From the IMG/VR virus record IMGVR_UViG_3300008961_000005, positions 1-43,251 of that record: a DNA stretch of 43,251 bases. One strand, given 5' to 3'. This document shows, in pieces, positions 43,097 through 43,251 of this stretch (positions within the stretch are counted from its first letter, which is position 1; every line of letters starts with the position of its first letter). A program made the translations under genes and the position numbers. Below the pieces are notes generated by a model. That model did not search any database and was not told the DNA's origin. It saw only the letters and a list, made by a program, of their open reading frames with translations. This DNA is from a virus. Lineage: Duplodnaviria > Caudoviricetes.

Positions 43097-43105
43097 AAAC
43101 AAAAT

Positions 43106-43251
43106 ATGAGTAAATTTAATGTAAATGAAGTAAAGTGTAATGGAGTCGGTGGCTCCGGTTACCAGGCAGTTCTTAAACACAAGGATGCAATCCAAGGAAT
43201 TTGTCAAGAAGTTAGAGATCTTATCGGTATTGAAAAACTATGGGAACTAGC
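43106..43251 (+). CDS. Hypothetical early protein, 3' truncated by the window edge
   Basis: Not in the ORF track. MSKFNVNEVKCNGVGGSGYQAVLKHKDAIQGICQEVRDLIGIEKLWEL... is open to the edge and sits behind repeat copy 3. Confidence 0.75.
   Translation, partial: MSKFNVNEVKCNGVGGSGYQAVLKHKDAIQGICQEVRDLIGIEKLWEL

Noticed and set aside
38247-43207. Short overlapping ORFs (38247+, 41561+, 41832-, 41946+, 42741-, 42920-)
   Set aside because: They overlap better-supported genes or the repeat cassettes.
1-43251. tRNA/rRNA genes, introns, inteins, IS elements
   Set aside because: None recognised by eye. Intergenic gaps are short and UvsW, primase and SSB are normal length. A tRNAscan/Infernal run would be needed to exclude RNAs formally.

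Overview
AT-rich, densely coding segment of a large T4-superfamily (jumbo-like) myophage, very probably infecting Bacteroidota (Flavobacteriia-like). Evidence for the host: a Bacteroidota-type ribosomal protein S1 homologue, GCTD/BACON/SprB-like adhesin repeats, A-rich translation starts with no Shine-Dalgarno, and a TAnnTTTG-like promoter box. Almost all genes are on the minus strand. From right to left: HExxH protein, phage bS1, amidoligase, neck gp13-like, baseplate gp25/gp6/gp7-like, large tail/baseplate and fibre proteins (up to 3046 aa), a spanin-like protein, a tube-fold gp3/gp19-like protein, a RuvC-like nuclease, gp32 SSB, gp61 primase, UvsY-like, UvsW, then a cluster of proteins carrying T4 internal-protein-like capsid-targeting sequences. 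That cluster includes two RNA-ligase-fold nucleotidyltransferases, one fused to an NMNAT/cytidylyltransferase domain. Three separate promoter-like motif classes are visible: a 48-bp repeated cassette before small plus-strand genes, TTTGAAAC-N18-TATAAG, and late-type GATATATAA. One GAAAC-class motif points into a non-coding G-rich repeat region (candidate origin or ncRNA). The best candidate for an undescribed system is the virion-packaged, protease-matured cargo set: ligase + possible pseudo-ligase/NMNAT + polyprotein + pro-membrane-active peptide. All family assignments come from motif recognition by eye; no database searches were run.
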